64,000 nucleotides of DNA from Deinococcaceae bacterium (GTDB lineage: Bacteria; Deinococcota; Deinococci; Deinococcales; Trueperaceae): positions 1,590 to 65,589 of the forward strand of contig JBDZVI010000004.1 in NCBI GenBank assembly GCA_040255585.1, written 5' to 3'. Positions 37,201-47,328 of this stretch are shown piece by piece. Numbering within the stretch: position 1 is the stretch's first letter; each line of letters opens with the position of its first letter. Position numbers and translations under genes: made by a program. A model generated the notes under the pieces. It was not told the DNA's origin, searched no databases, and worked only from the letters and a program-made list of their open reading frames with translations.

Positions 37201-38567
37201 GCCGGTCCTCCCGCCCGGCCGCCCGCTGGACCATGCTCGTTGCCCTCCTGGCCGCGCTTTGCTCCCAGGCCTTCGCAACGACCTACCGACCGGCCTCGCC
37301 GGAGGCGCTGGCGTTGCGGGCCGACCTCGCGTTCTTCGGAGAGGTCGCAGACGTGACGCGCACGGAGGCCGACGGTCTGCCGTGGACCGTCGTGACGTTC
37401 CAGCGGACCAAGGTCGTACGCGACCGGGCGGCGGAGGCGGCCGGGTCGCCTGGCACGAGCGAAGACGCCGCGGTGACGCTGCGCTTCCTGGGCGGGAGCA
37501 TGCTCGGTGAGGCAGACCTCACCGTGAGCGGTCTGCCCGCGTTCGTTCTCGGCCAACGGTGGTTGGTGTTGGCGTATCAAGACGCGGCCCTGGCCTCCCC
37601 CATCGTCGGCGTCGCCCAGGGGGCGTGGCTCCTGAGCGGGGGCGGCGCGGTCGACTCGGACGGCCGCACGCTCGGCGTGAGCGCCACCGGAGCGCTCGTG
37701 CGCGAAGGAGCCGCCACAACGGAAGCCGAGCTCGCCCAGGCACTCGCTACCCTGCTCGAGCGTGGTACCGAGTCGCCGCCGGAGCCGCAGGGAGACACGA
37801 CGCCCGAAGCCCCGGCCACGGTCGGGGGTGCGCCGCAGCCGCCCGGACAAACGGCGCCGGGCTCTCCACCCGCGACCGAGATCGAAGCCCCCGACACCGT
37901 CTCGGTCACCGAGCGGGCTCCCGAGCCGGAAGCGCGGCCGCCCGGCGCCGCCGCACCCCCCTCCGCCCCCACCCGTTCCCCGACTCCAGCGGTTACCTAC
38001 CGCGTCGAGGACGCCGGCGGCCCCCTGCTCCTCTCTGAGCTGGCCGCGGACGCGGCCGGCGTCTGGGAGGCGGCCGCGCCGGGCACCGCGGTCTTCTCGC
38101 AGGACCCGGCCGCCATCACCGTCGTGCGCTACGGCCCCGACGAGCTCCTAGGGGAGGCGCTGTCGCTCACCCTCCAGCGCTCCGGCCGCATCGAGGTCCT
38201 CGTCTCCCCGACGGCTGGCGCGAGCGTCAAAGCGGCCCTAGTCCACGAACTCGGCATCCTCCTTGGTCTGCCGGAGGGCGGCGCGGGGATCATGGCCCGC
38301 GCACTGGCCGCCGATGTCGCCACCCCTACCCCGGCCGAGGTCGCCGAGCTGCTGGACAGACGCGCCTACCCCCCGATGGACCTGGACAGGAGCGGCGCGG
38401 TCGACTTCTACGACCTGGCGGCCTTCGGCCGCGCCTACGGGCAGACGGGCGTCAACCTCGCGGCCGACTTCAACGGCGACGGCAAGGTGGACGGCGCCGA
38501 CCTGGAGCTGCTGAGAGAGGCCTACGAGTTCGGGGCGCCGTCGCGCACGGCTCCACCACGCAACTAA
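37197..38567 (+). CDS. secreted protein: N-terminal domain, Pro-rich linker, degenerate metzincin-like domain, C-terminal dockerin
   Basis: Signal peptide MLVALLAALCSQAFA. Linker ESPPEPQGDTTPEAP..PPSAPTRSPTP. VHELGILLGLPEGGAGIM at 38241-38294. Two Ca-loop repeats, DLDRSGAVDFYDL and DFNGDGKVDGADLELL (38379-38531), match the type I dockerin pattern. ATGA overlap with the upstream lipoprotein gene. Confidence 0.7.
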   Translation: MSRSSRPAARWTMLVALLAALCSQAFATTYRPASPEALALRADLAFFGEVADVTRTEADGLPWTVVTFQRTKVVRDRAAEAAGSPGTSEDAAVTLRFLGGSMLGEADLTVSGLPAFVLGQRWLVLAYQDAALASPIVGVAQGAWLLSGGGAVDSDGRTLGVSATGALVREGAATTEAELAQALATLLERGTESPPEPQGDTTPEAPATVGGAPQPPGQTAPGSPPATEIEAPDTVSVTERAPEPEARPPGAAAPPSAPTRSPTPAVTYRVEDAGGPLLLSELAADAAGVWEAAAPGTAVFSQDPAAITVVRYGPDELLGEALSLTLQRSGRIEVLVSPTAGASVKAALVHELGILLGLPEGGAGIMARALAADVATPTPAEVAELLDRRAYPPMDLDRSGAVDFYDLAAFGRAYGQTGVNLAADFNGDGKVDGADLELLREAYEFGAPSRTAPPRN

Positions 38568-38605
38568 CTGAGCGCGCTCATCCGGCGGACCGTTCCTGGC
38601 AGCGC

Positions 38606-40483
38606 TCAGGCCGAGACGTAGGCGGGCAGGAAGAGCACGGCCACTTCCTCCTCGCCCCGCGCGAACAGGAGCGTGCCGTTCGGCCGCGGCACGAGCAGGT
38701 AGTCCGCGAACGAACCGAGCACCTGTCCAGGCAGCATGGCCACCAAGCTCTCCTGTGCCGTGCGGCCACGACCGCGGTACTGCCTGACGGTGATCTTGAG
38801 GTTGGCGAGGTCGAAGGTCATGGGCTCGTCGGTTATCGTCTTGACCTGGTGCTCCGTCGCGCCTGAACCGGCGACGATGGCGGCCACGTCCGTGACGGCA
38901 GCCCCGTCGACGCCGACCAGGCGCGCGACCGTCTCGCGCATCACGGGTTCGGAGACCAGGACCCCCGCGGCGCGCGCCGCGCCGCGTAGCAGACCGTCGA
39001 GCGCCTTCGCCTTGTCGGGCGCGCGTGCCGCCACGACGTTGGCCCTGGCGACCGCCTGGTCGACGACCTCGCTCGGCTCCCCACGAACGTTGTTGGCGAT
39101 GACCTTGAAGATGGCCAGCAGCTCGCTTCGCTGCGGGCTCGTGAGAACGCTGTTCACGACGAGCGCGTCGGCAAGGCGTGAGCCGAGGGAACGCGCGTCG
39201 TTGCGGATGCGCAGGTGGACGTAGTCCCCCTCCCTGAACGCCCCGAGCCGCACGCGGTCGCGCTGGATGATGCCGGAGCCTTCGAGCTCGAGTTCCTCTC
39301 CGTCCAGGTACAGCGTCCTGGCCTTGCCTGTGCCGGCTATGGCGAGGTCGTGACCGGCCAGGGAGAGGCGCAGCGGGCCGACCATGCGGATCGTCACGGC
39401 CGCGGCGCCGGGGGGCACCCTGTCCCAGCGCAGGATGGGGTTGACGCCGAACAGGATGCCGCCCTCGAGTTGCGGCCCCGGGGCCTCGCCGCCGACGCTC
39501 GTCGGAAGGTAGCCGGCAAGACGCGCGAAGAACGCCTCCACGAGTTCGGTGAACATGGCGGCATCGCGCTGGAACGCCTGGCGGTCGGAACGCTCCTTGG
39601 CGCTTACCTCGACGAGCCTCCGCTCGAGGTCGCGACGCTGGGCCGCTCTCTCCTCCTCCGGGAGGCGCTCCTTGCCGAGCTCCTGGAGCGCCAAACGGAG
39701 CTGCGTCGACGTGACCGACCGGTTCGTGTCGGGAGCCATGCGGCCGGCGTACGGGTCGTTCGCCACCGTCAGGGCGGCGCTCTTGACGTACGCGAAGGCC
39801 CCCGACTCGCCGCGCTCGAGCGGCGGCAGGGGGTTGCCGACCTTCCCGCTCGTCATGACGACGTTGATGAGCTCGCGAACGATCTCGGCCAGGGAATCCA
39901 GGTCCGAAAGCGACACGAGCGGATCGTTCATGGTCGGGACGGGTTCGATGACCCGGAACGCGCGAGGGCCGGGGTCCTGCCCGAACGTGCTGCGGTCGGC
40001 GTTGCGCTGGAGGTTCTGAAGCGTCGCGAAGACCAACCTGGCGGTGAACCGGTCGCGCTCGGCGCGCCAACCGGCGGCCACGCGCTGGACGTACTGCTCG
40101 AGGTCGTCCCACCAGACGCGCCTGGCGAGCCGTTGCAGTACGGCGTGTTCCTCACGCTCCTCGGGAGTCGACCCGTGCAGGGTCGGGGGTTTGTCGGTGG
40201 CGTCGGCGGCGAGTTCGACCGCACCCTCGTCGTCGAGTACGAGCGAGACCAGGCTCGGGACCGGCGCGGTGGGCCCCTGGCCGTCGCTCATGTTCGCCAT
40301 GGTCTTGGCGACCTCGTCGAGGCGCGTGCGCTCACCGGCGCTGAGACGCTCCCGCTCGCGGTTCAGCATGCCGAGCAGTTCCCACACGGAACTCAGGCCG
40401 CCGCGTACTGTGCGCGTCGAACCGTACTCCTCGACCTTGTACTCGAGTAGTTCGAGCGCGATGCTCTCCAGCCTCGGTCCCAC
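38606..40483 (-). CDS. hypothetical protein, 625 aa, cytoplasmic, no recognisable domain
   Basis: Long ORF with balanced composition (K, E, D, I, N, F all present), unlike the overlapping Arg/Gly/Pro-rich shadow ORF 38238..40112. High GC3. GTG start 7 nt after a TATACT box. No signal peptide, TM segment, Walker or metal motifs found. Confidence 0.7.
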   Translation of the reverse strand: MGPRLESIALELLEYKVEEYGSTRTVRGGLSSVWELLGMLNRERERLSAGERTRLDEVAKTMANMSDGQGPTAPVPSLVSLVLDDEGAVELAADATDKPPTLHGSTPEEREEHAVLQRLARRVWWDDLEQYVQRVAAGWRAERDRFTARLVFATLQNLQRNADRSTFGQDPGPRAFRVIEPVPTMNDPLVSLSDLDSLAEIVRELINVVMTSGKVGNPLPPLERGESGAFAYVKSAALTVANDPYAGRMAPDTNRSVTSTQLRLALQELGKERLPEEERAAQRRDLERRLVEVSAKERSDRQAFQRDAAMFTELVEAFFARLAGYLPTSVGGEAPGPQLEGGILFGVNPILRWDRVPPGAAAVTIRMVGPLRLSLAGHDLAIAGTGKARTLYLDGEELELEGSGIIQRDRVRLGAFREGDYVHLRIRNDARSLGSRLADALVVNSVLTSPQRSELLAIFKVIANNVRGEPSEVVDQAVARANVVAARAPDKAKALDGLLRGAARAAGVLVSEPVMRETVARLVGVDGAAVTDVAAIVAGSGATEHQVKTITDEPMTFDLANLKITVRQYRGRGRTAQESLVAMLPGQVLGSFADYLLVPRPNGTLLFARGEEEVAVLFLPAYVSA

Positions 40484-40582
40484 GGTGGTCAGTATACGTA
40501 AGGCGGCTTGCCGCGCGGGACGTGAAACCTCACGCTTCGAGGCGTGTTGGCGGTCCGCCCGTACCGGTTGGCCGCGGCGCGT

Positions 40583-41794
40583 TCAGAAGCGGGCGAAGGC
40601 CCGCCTGGCGCGCGCCACCACCTCGTCGACCTGGGCCTCGTCTATGACGAGCGGCGGCAGGAAGCGCACCGTATCGCCGCCACCGGAGGTGGTCACGACC
40701 CCTTCGGCGAGCAGCGCCTCGATGACGGGACCCACGGGCACGTTCATCTCCACCCCGATGAGCAGGCCGCGCCCGCGGACCTCCTTGACGACGCTACCGG
40801 CCGAGCGCAGCCCGGCCATCAGCCTCTCGCCCAGGCGCGCCGCGTTGGTCATCAGGTGGCGTTCCTCGATCTCCTCGAGCACCGCCAGGCCGGCCGCGGC
40901 GGCCAGCGGGTTCCCACCGAAGGTCGTGCCGTGACCGCCCTTCGGCATGGCGCCCGCCACCTCGTCCGTCATGAGCAGAGCGCTGATCGGCACGCCGCCC
41001 GCCAAGCCCTTGGCGAGCGTGACCATGTCCGGCTGGATATCGAACGCCTCGCTAGCCAGGAACGTGCCCGTGCGACCGACGCCCGTCTGGATCTCATCGA
41101 GCACGAGGAGCGCCCCGCTACGCTTCGTGGCGGCGCGGGCGGCGGCCAGGAACTCCTGCGTCGCAGGCCTGATCCCGCTCTCTCCCTGGATCGGCTCGAG
41201 GAGCACGGCGGCCGTGCGGTCGTCGACGGCCGCCTCCAAGGCGACCACGTCGTTGAAGGGCACGAACTCGACCTCGGTGTCGTACGGTGCGAACGGTTCG
41301 CGGTACTTCGGCTCCCACGTGAGGGGCAGCACGCCCATGGTGCGACCCGAGAACCCGCGCTGGGCAGCCACGAAGCGCCTTCGGCCAGTGGCCACGCGCG
41401 CCCACTTCAAAGCCGCCTCGTTGGCCTCAGCCCCCGAGTTGCCGAGGAAAGCGCGCGTGAGCGGCGGCCTGACGAACTGGAACAGCTTGTCGACGAACTC
41501 GGTGCGGACGTCGTTGCCGAGGTTCTGCGGGCAGACGATCAACCGCCGAGCCTGCCGCGCGAGAGCGTCGGCGAGGCGTTCGTTGGCGTGACCGACGCTC
41601 GCCACCGCGATGCCGGCCAGACAGTCGAGGTACTCGCGACCGTCCGCGTCGTAGATGAGAGCGCCGGCGCCGCGCACGAACACGACGTCGGGGTGCCACA
41701 GGCCGCTGCCGTGGGTCTCTGCCGCGGCGAGGATCTCGGCGGTTCGGGAACGGCTCATGGTGCCGGCAGGCGTTTCGACTTTGGAACTCGGCAT
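40583..41794 (-). CDS. argD: class III PLP aminotransferase (acetylornithine / LysJ-type)
   Basis: GNSGAEANEAALK, LVLDEIQTGVGRTG and TLAKGLAGG (PLP Lys). ATG 41794 after GAGGGAG, chosen over the longer ORF start at 41884. Confidence 0.85.
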   Translation of the reverse strand: MPSSKVETPAGTMSRSRTAEILAAAETHGSGLWHPDVVFVRGAGALIYDADGREYLDCLAGIAVASVGHANERLADALARQARRLIVCPQNLGNDVRTEFVDKLFQFVRPPLTRAFLGNSGAEANEAALKWARVATGRRRFVAAQRGFSGRTMGVLPLTWEPKYREPFAPYDTEVEFVPFNDVVALEAAVDDRTAAVLLEPIQGESGIRPATQEFLAAARAATKRSGALLVLDEIQTGVGRTGTFLASEAFDIQPDMVTLAKGLAGGVPISALLMTDEVAGAMPKGGHGTTFGGNPLAAAAGLAVLEEIEERHLMTNAARLGERLMAGLRSAGSVVKEVRGRGLLIGVEMNVPVGPVIEALLAEGVVTTSGGGDTVRFLPPLVIDEAQVDEVVARARRAFARF

Positions 41795-41895
41795 GCGTTG
41801 TGCTCCCTCTCGGCGCGGCGGCTCACCGAACGACCGCGTGTCCGGGAAGCATAACGCCGACGCACCACCGTACGCGCCTCGCACCGGGGCACCGT

Positions 41896-42696
41896 TCAGG
41901 AACCGATGGTCACGAAACAGAGCGGCACTTCGGTGCGCCCGTCGACGTTGAGCAGCTTGGCGAGCTCGTCGTCGTAGAAGTCGGCGGCGTAGGTCGCCGC
42001 CAAGCCGAGGGCGCTGGCGGTCAGCACGAGGCCCTGCGCGGCCGCACCGGCATCGAGCATGAGGTAGCGGTAGGGTCGGCCGCCGTCAGCGACCCGGTGA
42101 CGGCCCGGCACGCCGGTGAAACAGACGACCGCGGCCTGCGCCGCCGTCTCGATGGGCGCCAGCACCACCTCCGCGAACTCGCTCGCCACTTCACCCATCC
42201 TGAGCTGATCGAGGCTGTGGTCGCGCGGGTTGTAGTGGTAGACGCCCGCGAAGAGGTCCTGAACGTTGAGAACGAGCAGATAGGCCTCGAGGGATGAGGC
42301 CGCCTGCGCGCTCACGTGCACCCGCTGGCGACCGTAGTTGAAGCCGGCCGAGCCCCAGAGGAGCTGCGATAGGTGGGTCTGCTTCAACCGACCGCCCTCG
42401 GCCACGCCGCTGCGTTCGCGCGACAGGGCGGTCCAGATGCCCGTCCCGCCCTTCAGTTGCGGAGCCGGCAAGCTCGCGACCTCGCTGGGGTTGGCGAGCA
42501 CCTTGAACGGCGGCGCCACCCGAGTGCGCGACGGCGGCAACTGCCCGCGGCGGTACTTCGTCTGGTCGAAGAACTCCGCACCGAACGTGCGGCCTTTGCT
42601 GGCTGTCACTAGTCTGGCTCCCGCAGGCACTGTAGCACCGCTTCGCACGCGTGTAGCGGGGCGCGGGGTTATGCTGCCGTAGCGCCCGGCCGCCAA
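41896..42696 (-). CDS. SagB/ThcOx-type nitroreductase-family dehydrogenase
   Basis: FFDQTKY.., LSQLLWGSAG.., LEAYLLVLNV.DL..GVYHYNP..HSL and RYLMLDAGAAAQGL fit the nitroreductase/SagB fold pattern. True start may be GTG 42609 (GGGAG upstream). Confidence 0.65.
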   Translation of the reverse strand: MAAGRYGSITPRPATRVRSGATVPAGARLVTASKGRTFGAEFFDQTKYRRGQLPPSRTRVAPPFKVLANPSEVASLPAPQLKGGTGIWTALSRERSGVAEGGRLKQTHLSQLLWGSAGFNYGRQRVHVSAQAASSLEAYLLVLNVQDLFAGVYHYNPRDHSLDQLRMGEVASEFAEVVLAPIETAAQAAVVCFTGVPGRHRVADGGRPYRYLMLDAGAAAQGLVLTASALGLAATYAADFYDDELAKLLNVDGRTEVPLCFVTIGS

Positions 42697-42719
42697 GCGC
42701 GCGCGGCGTCCATAGCAGC

Positions 42720-44679
<1,960 letters not shown>

Positions 44680-44777
44680 GCGCAGGGCGGCACGCGGTAC
44701 GGTCGACGTCGGTCGCCCGGGGTCGCTCGCGGAACGGTCCCCAGCTCGTGGAACGGTCCGCGGCCGAGGCTAACCGA

Positions 44778-46343
44778 TCAGAGGACGAGTTCCTGGTCGC
44801 GCTCAGGGGCCAGGGTGGCGAACCGGTCCATCAGCGGCTCGATACCGAACTTGAGCGCGTGGCTGAACGGGCTCAGCACGCGTTCGGCCGGCTGCCCGAG
44901 GGGCAGGAGGTGCGCGGCCAAGCGGTCGAACTGCCGGGTCGTTACCTCGTCGCGCGCAGCGAGCGCCGCGCTCGTCTTGCCGCGCAGGCGCGCCAGGGTC
45001 TCCTCCAAGTGATGCCTGCCACGCTTCACCGTGCCGCCCAGCGTCGGGTCGATGCCCCCTACCTCGGAGAGGAGCTTCTCGAACTCCGACTCGATACAGC
45101 CGGCGGCCGCCGCGAACAGTTCAGCGTGCCCGTGGCGCTCCAGGAGCGTGCGTTCCAGCAGTTCGGTCCGTTGCGCCCTGAAACGTGCCGCGCTGACCCC
45201 AAGCCCGTCGAGGAGCCGGACGGCCACGGGCTCGAGCACCGTGGCCGTCGCTCTCTGCCATGCCAGAGGCATGGGCACGCCGTGGAAGCGGTAGACGTCC
45301 CGCAGTTGCGAGACGTAGCGCAGCTCGCCCGGACCGAGCACGAACACTGCGGTGGGCAGGGCGAAGTCCTGAGTGATGGGGCGCAGGCCGGCGGCGGGAG
45401 TGATGGCGGTGGGGTCGGCATCGAGGAGCGCCTGGAGGTCCGCGCGCGTGAAGCGCTTGTCCTCGACGACGAAAGCGCCGCCCGCCGCCCTCAGGAGCAG
45501 CCGCCTGCCGCCCGTCTCGACGAACAGGTTGGTGGCGCCCTGCGCGCGCCCGAGCTGCGGCTCGAAGCCGAGTTCCTTCAGGCGCCTGCCCGCCGCGTTG
45601 ATGGCGGCCGGCGTGACGAGCGGGTCGGACAGCTCGCGCTCGATGATCGGGCGGAAGTGCTCGGCGACGTCGCTCCTGAGCGGGTCTATCAGCACGAGGC
45701 CGGCGGGGCCGAGCAAGCGCGTGAAGAGCGCTGCGAACCAGTCGCTGTACGTGGTCACCGAGCTCGCCGCGCCCTCCAGCAGCTCCCACACGGGCTCGAG
45801 GAAGCGCGGTCGTGGGGTGAGCGCCGCCAGCCCCGCGGAGACACCGTCTACCATCTCCCTGGTAAGGGGGACGCGGCCGACGGCGACACCGTCCGGCAGC
45901 CGGACGCTTAGCCTGCGCAAGGTCTCGCTCGCGTCCAGCATGTACGTGTTGTCCATCTCGTGAGCGTCGTGGTCCTGCGTCGCCAGCCAGAAGATGGGCA
46001 CGACCGGCCGCTCCCGCGTGTCGAGTCGCCTGGCCAGCGCCACGGCCGTCATGGCCTTCGACAGGCTGTAAGTAGGCCCCAGCAGCAAACCGGTCTGCTG
46101 CCCCGTGACCACGGCGCGCGCCTCCGGATGCGAGAGGCGCTCGAGGTTGGCGAGCACCGGGGGCGGAGCGCCGAGGGCGATGGCGTGGCGCTTGAGAGCG
46201 GCTACGAGCGACGCGCGCTCGGACGGTCGCGGCAGGGCCAGCGCCTTGTCTACGTCGCCTGGCGCCACTTCGAAGAAGTCGTCGAGCGAACCGGAGGAGT
46301 AGGCGTGCGCGAAGTCTGTTGGTGGCGTCGCTCGTGGTGGCAC
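44778..46343 (-). CDS. bshC: bacillithiol biosynthesis protein BshC
   Basis: VVTGQQTGLLLGPTYSLSKA and PIFWLATQDHD match the BshC signature. Start set at GTG 46343 by N-terminal length comparison with Bacillus BshC. The ORF extends to 46454, but that extension is Arg/Pro/Gly-rich. Confidence 0.8.
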   Translation of the reverse strand: MPPRATPPTDFAHAYSSGSLDDFFEVAPGDVDKALALPRPSERASLVAALKRHAIALGAPPPVLANLERLSHPEARAVVTGQQTGLLLGPTYSLSKAMTAVALARRLDTRERPVVPIFWLATQDHDAHEMDNTYMLDASETLRRLSVRLPDGVAVGRVPLTREMVDGVSAGLAALTPRPRFLEPVWELLEGAASSVTTYSDWFAALFTRLLGPAGLVLIDPLRSDVAEHFRPIIERELSDPLVTPAAINAAGRRLKELGFEPQLGRAQGATNLFVETGGRRLLLRAAGGAFVVEDKRFTRADLQALLDADPTAITPAAGLRPITQDFALPTAVFVLGPGELRYVSQLRDVYRFHGVPMPLAWQRATATVLEPVAVRLLDGLGVSAARFRAQRTELLERTLLERHGHAELFAAAAGCIESEFEKLLSEVGGIDPTLGGTVKRGRHHLEETLARLRGKTSAALAARDEVTTRQFDRLAAHLLPLGQPAERVLSPFSHALKFGIEPLMDRFATLAPERDQELVL

Positions 46344-46608
46344 GGCGCAGCTTATCCAAGGTGAGTGCGCGTGGTGGCGCTTCGGACTACCCGCGACGCC
46401 GCGAACCGGTCTCCATGAGAGCCGCGATCGGCCGCCCGGTACTTCGTGATACACTCACGCGGCCAGAGGTGGGACCGAAACCACCTTCCCGTAAGAAGGG
46501 GGAACCGCGAGCATCGCGGCTTAACCGGGCTCATCGGACCTCGGGCGGCCGTATCTCATGCCGGCGAACGCGTTCAAGAGCGCGCCAGCCGCGCGAATCA
46601 AGACACTT

Positions 46609-47328
46609 ATGTTGATCAACACGGATATCGTTCCTAGCGGACCATACTCAGACGTCGTCGTACTCATAGACGTGTTGCGGACGTGCACCGTCGCACCGAT
46701 GCTCTTCGAGCGGGGCGCCCGCAGCTTGTCGCTCACGCCCTCGATGCGCCGCGCGCGCGCGGAGGCCGGCGCCGGGCGCGTGCTCGTCGGCGAGCGCCAG
46801 GGCGTGCCGCCCGAGGGCTTCAACCACGGGAACTCCCCGGCCAACCTCGCGCAGGTCGCCGTGGCCGGCCTCGACGTCGTCATGGTGTCCGAGAACGCCC
46901 CACGCTGGTTGGAGCAGTTGGGTGACGCGCGGCACGTCATGCTCGGCTCCCTCTACAACGCCGAGGCGGTCGCCCGACGCGCCGCCGCGGTGGCTACGGA
47001 GCGCATCGACCTCGTCTGCTCCGGCTTCGCGGGCGAGCCCGACTTGGACGACACGCTGGCCGCCGCCTTGATAGCCGGCCTCCTGAAACGACGCCTCGAT
47101 GGGGCGCAGGTGCGCGGCGCAACGCGTTTCGCGACGGCGCTCCTGCGGGCGTTCCCGGAACCCGTCGACGTGCTCTGGCGCTCGCTGGCCGGCCACTACC
47201 TTCGCTCCATCGGGCTCGAGCAGGACATCGGCTTCGCGGCGCGCGTGTCGGTGAGCGACAGCGTGCCGGAGCTGCGCTCCGTCGCTCTTGGCGAGCATGG
47301 GCCCCTGTACCGCTTCGAGACAGCTTGA
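46609..47328 (+). CDS. 2-phosphosulfolactate phosphatase (ComB) family protein
   Basis: VVLIDVLRTCT.., VGERQGVPPEGFNHGNSP and DDTLAA..IAG match the ComB family pattern. ATG 46609 chosen within ORF 46558... Confidence 0.7.
   Translation: MLINTDIVPSGPYSDVVVLIDVLRTCTVAPMLFERGARSLSLTPSMRRARAEAGAGRVLVGERQGVPPEGFNHGNSPANLAQVAVAGLDVVMVSENAPRWLEQLGDARHVMLGSLYNAEAVARRAAAVATERIDLVCSGFAGEPDLDDTLAAALIAGLLKRRLDGAQVRGATRFATALLRAFPEPVDVLWRSLAGHYLRSIGLEQDIGFAARVSVSDSVPELRSVALGEHGPLYRFETA

Noticed and set aside
41896-42696. SagB/ThcOx-like dehydrogenase as a marker of a thiazole/oxazole-modified peptide (TOMM/RiPP) cluster.
   Set aside because: There is no YcaO cyclodehydratase, no E1-like partner and no precursor-peptide-like small ORF nearby. 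The neighbours are an amino-acid aminotransferase and a thioesterase. Stand-alone nitroreductase-family proteins of this type are common.
46530-46545. CCGATGAG on the minus strand, resembling the hammerhead CUGAUGA core.
   Set aside because: The first position mismatches. I could not find a matching GAAA or cleavage-site context, nor three helices around it.
46459-46551. tRNA-like cloverleaf. The second hairpin has a 7-nt loop GTAAGAA with U33-like T and A37.
   Set aside because: There is no GG in the D-like loop, no T-loop consensus (GTTCRA), the arm lengths are wrong, and there is no proper acceptor stem or CCA. Kept only as a generic structured-region observation.
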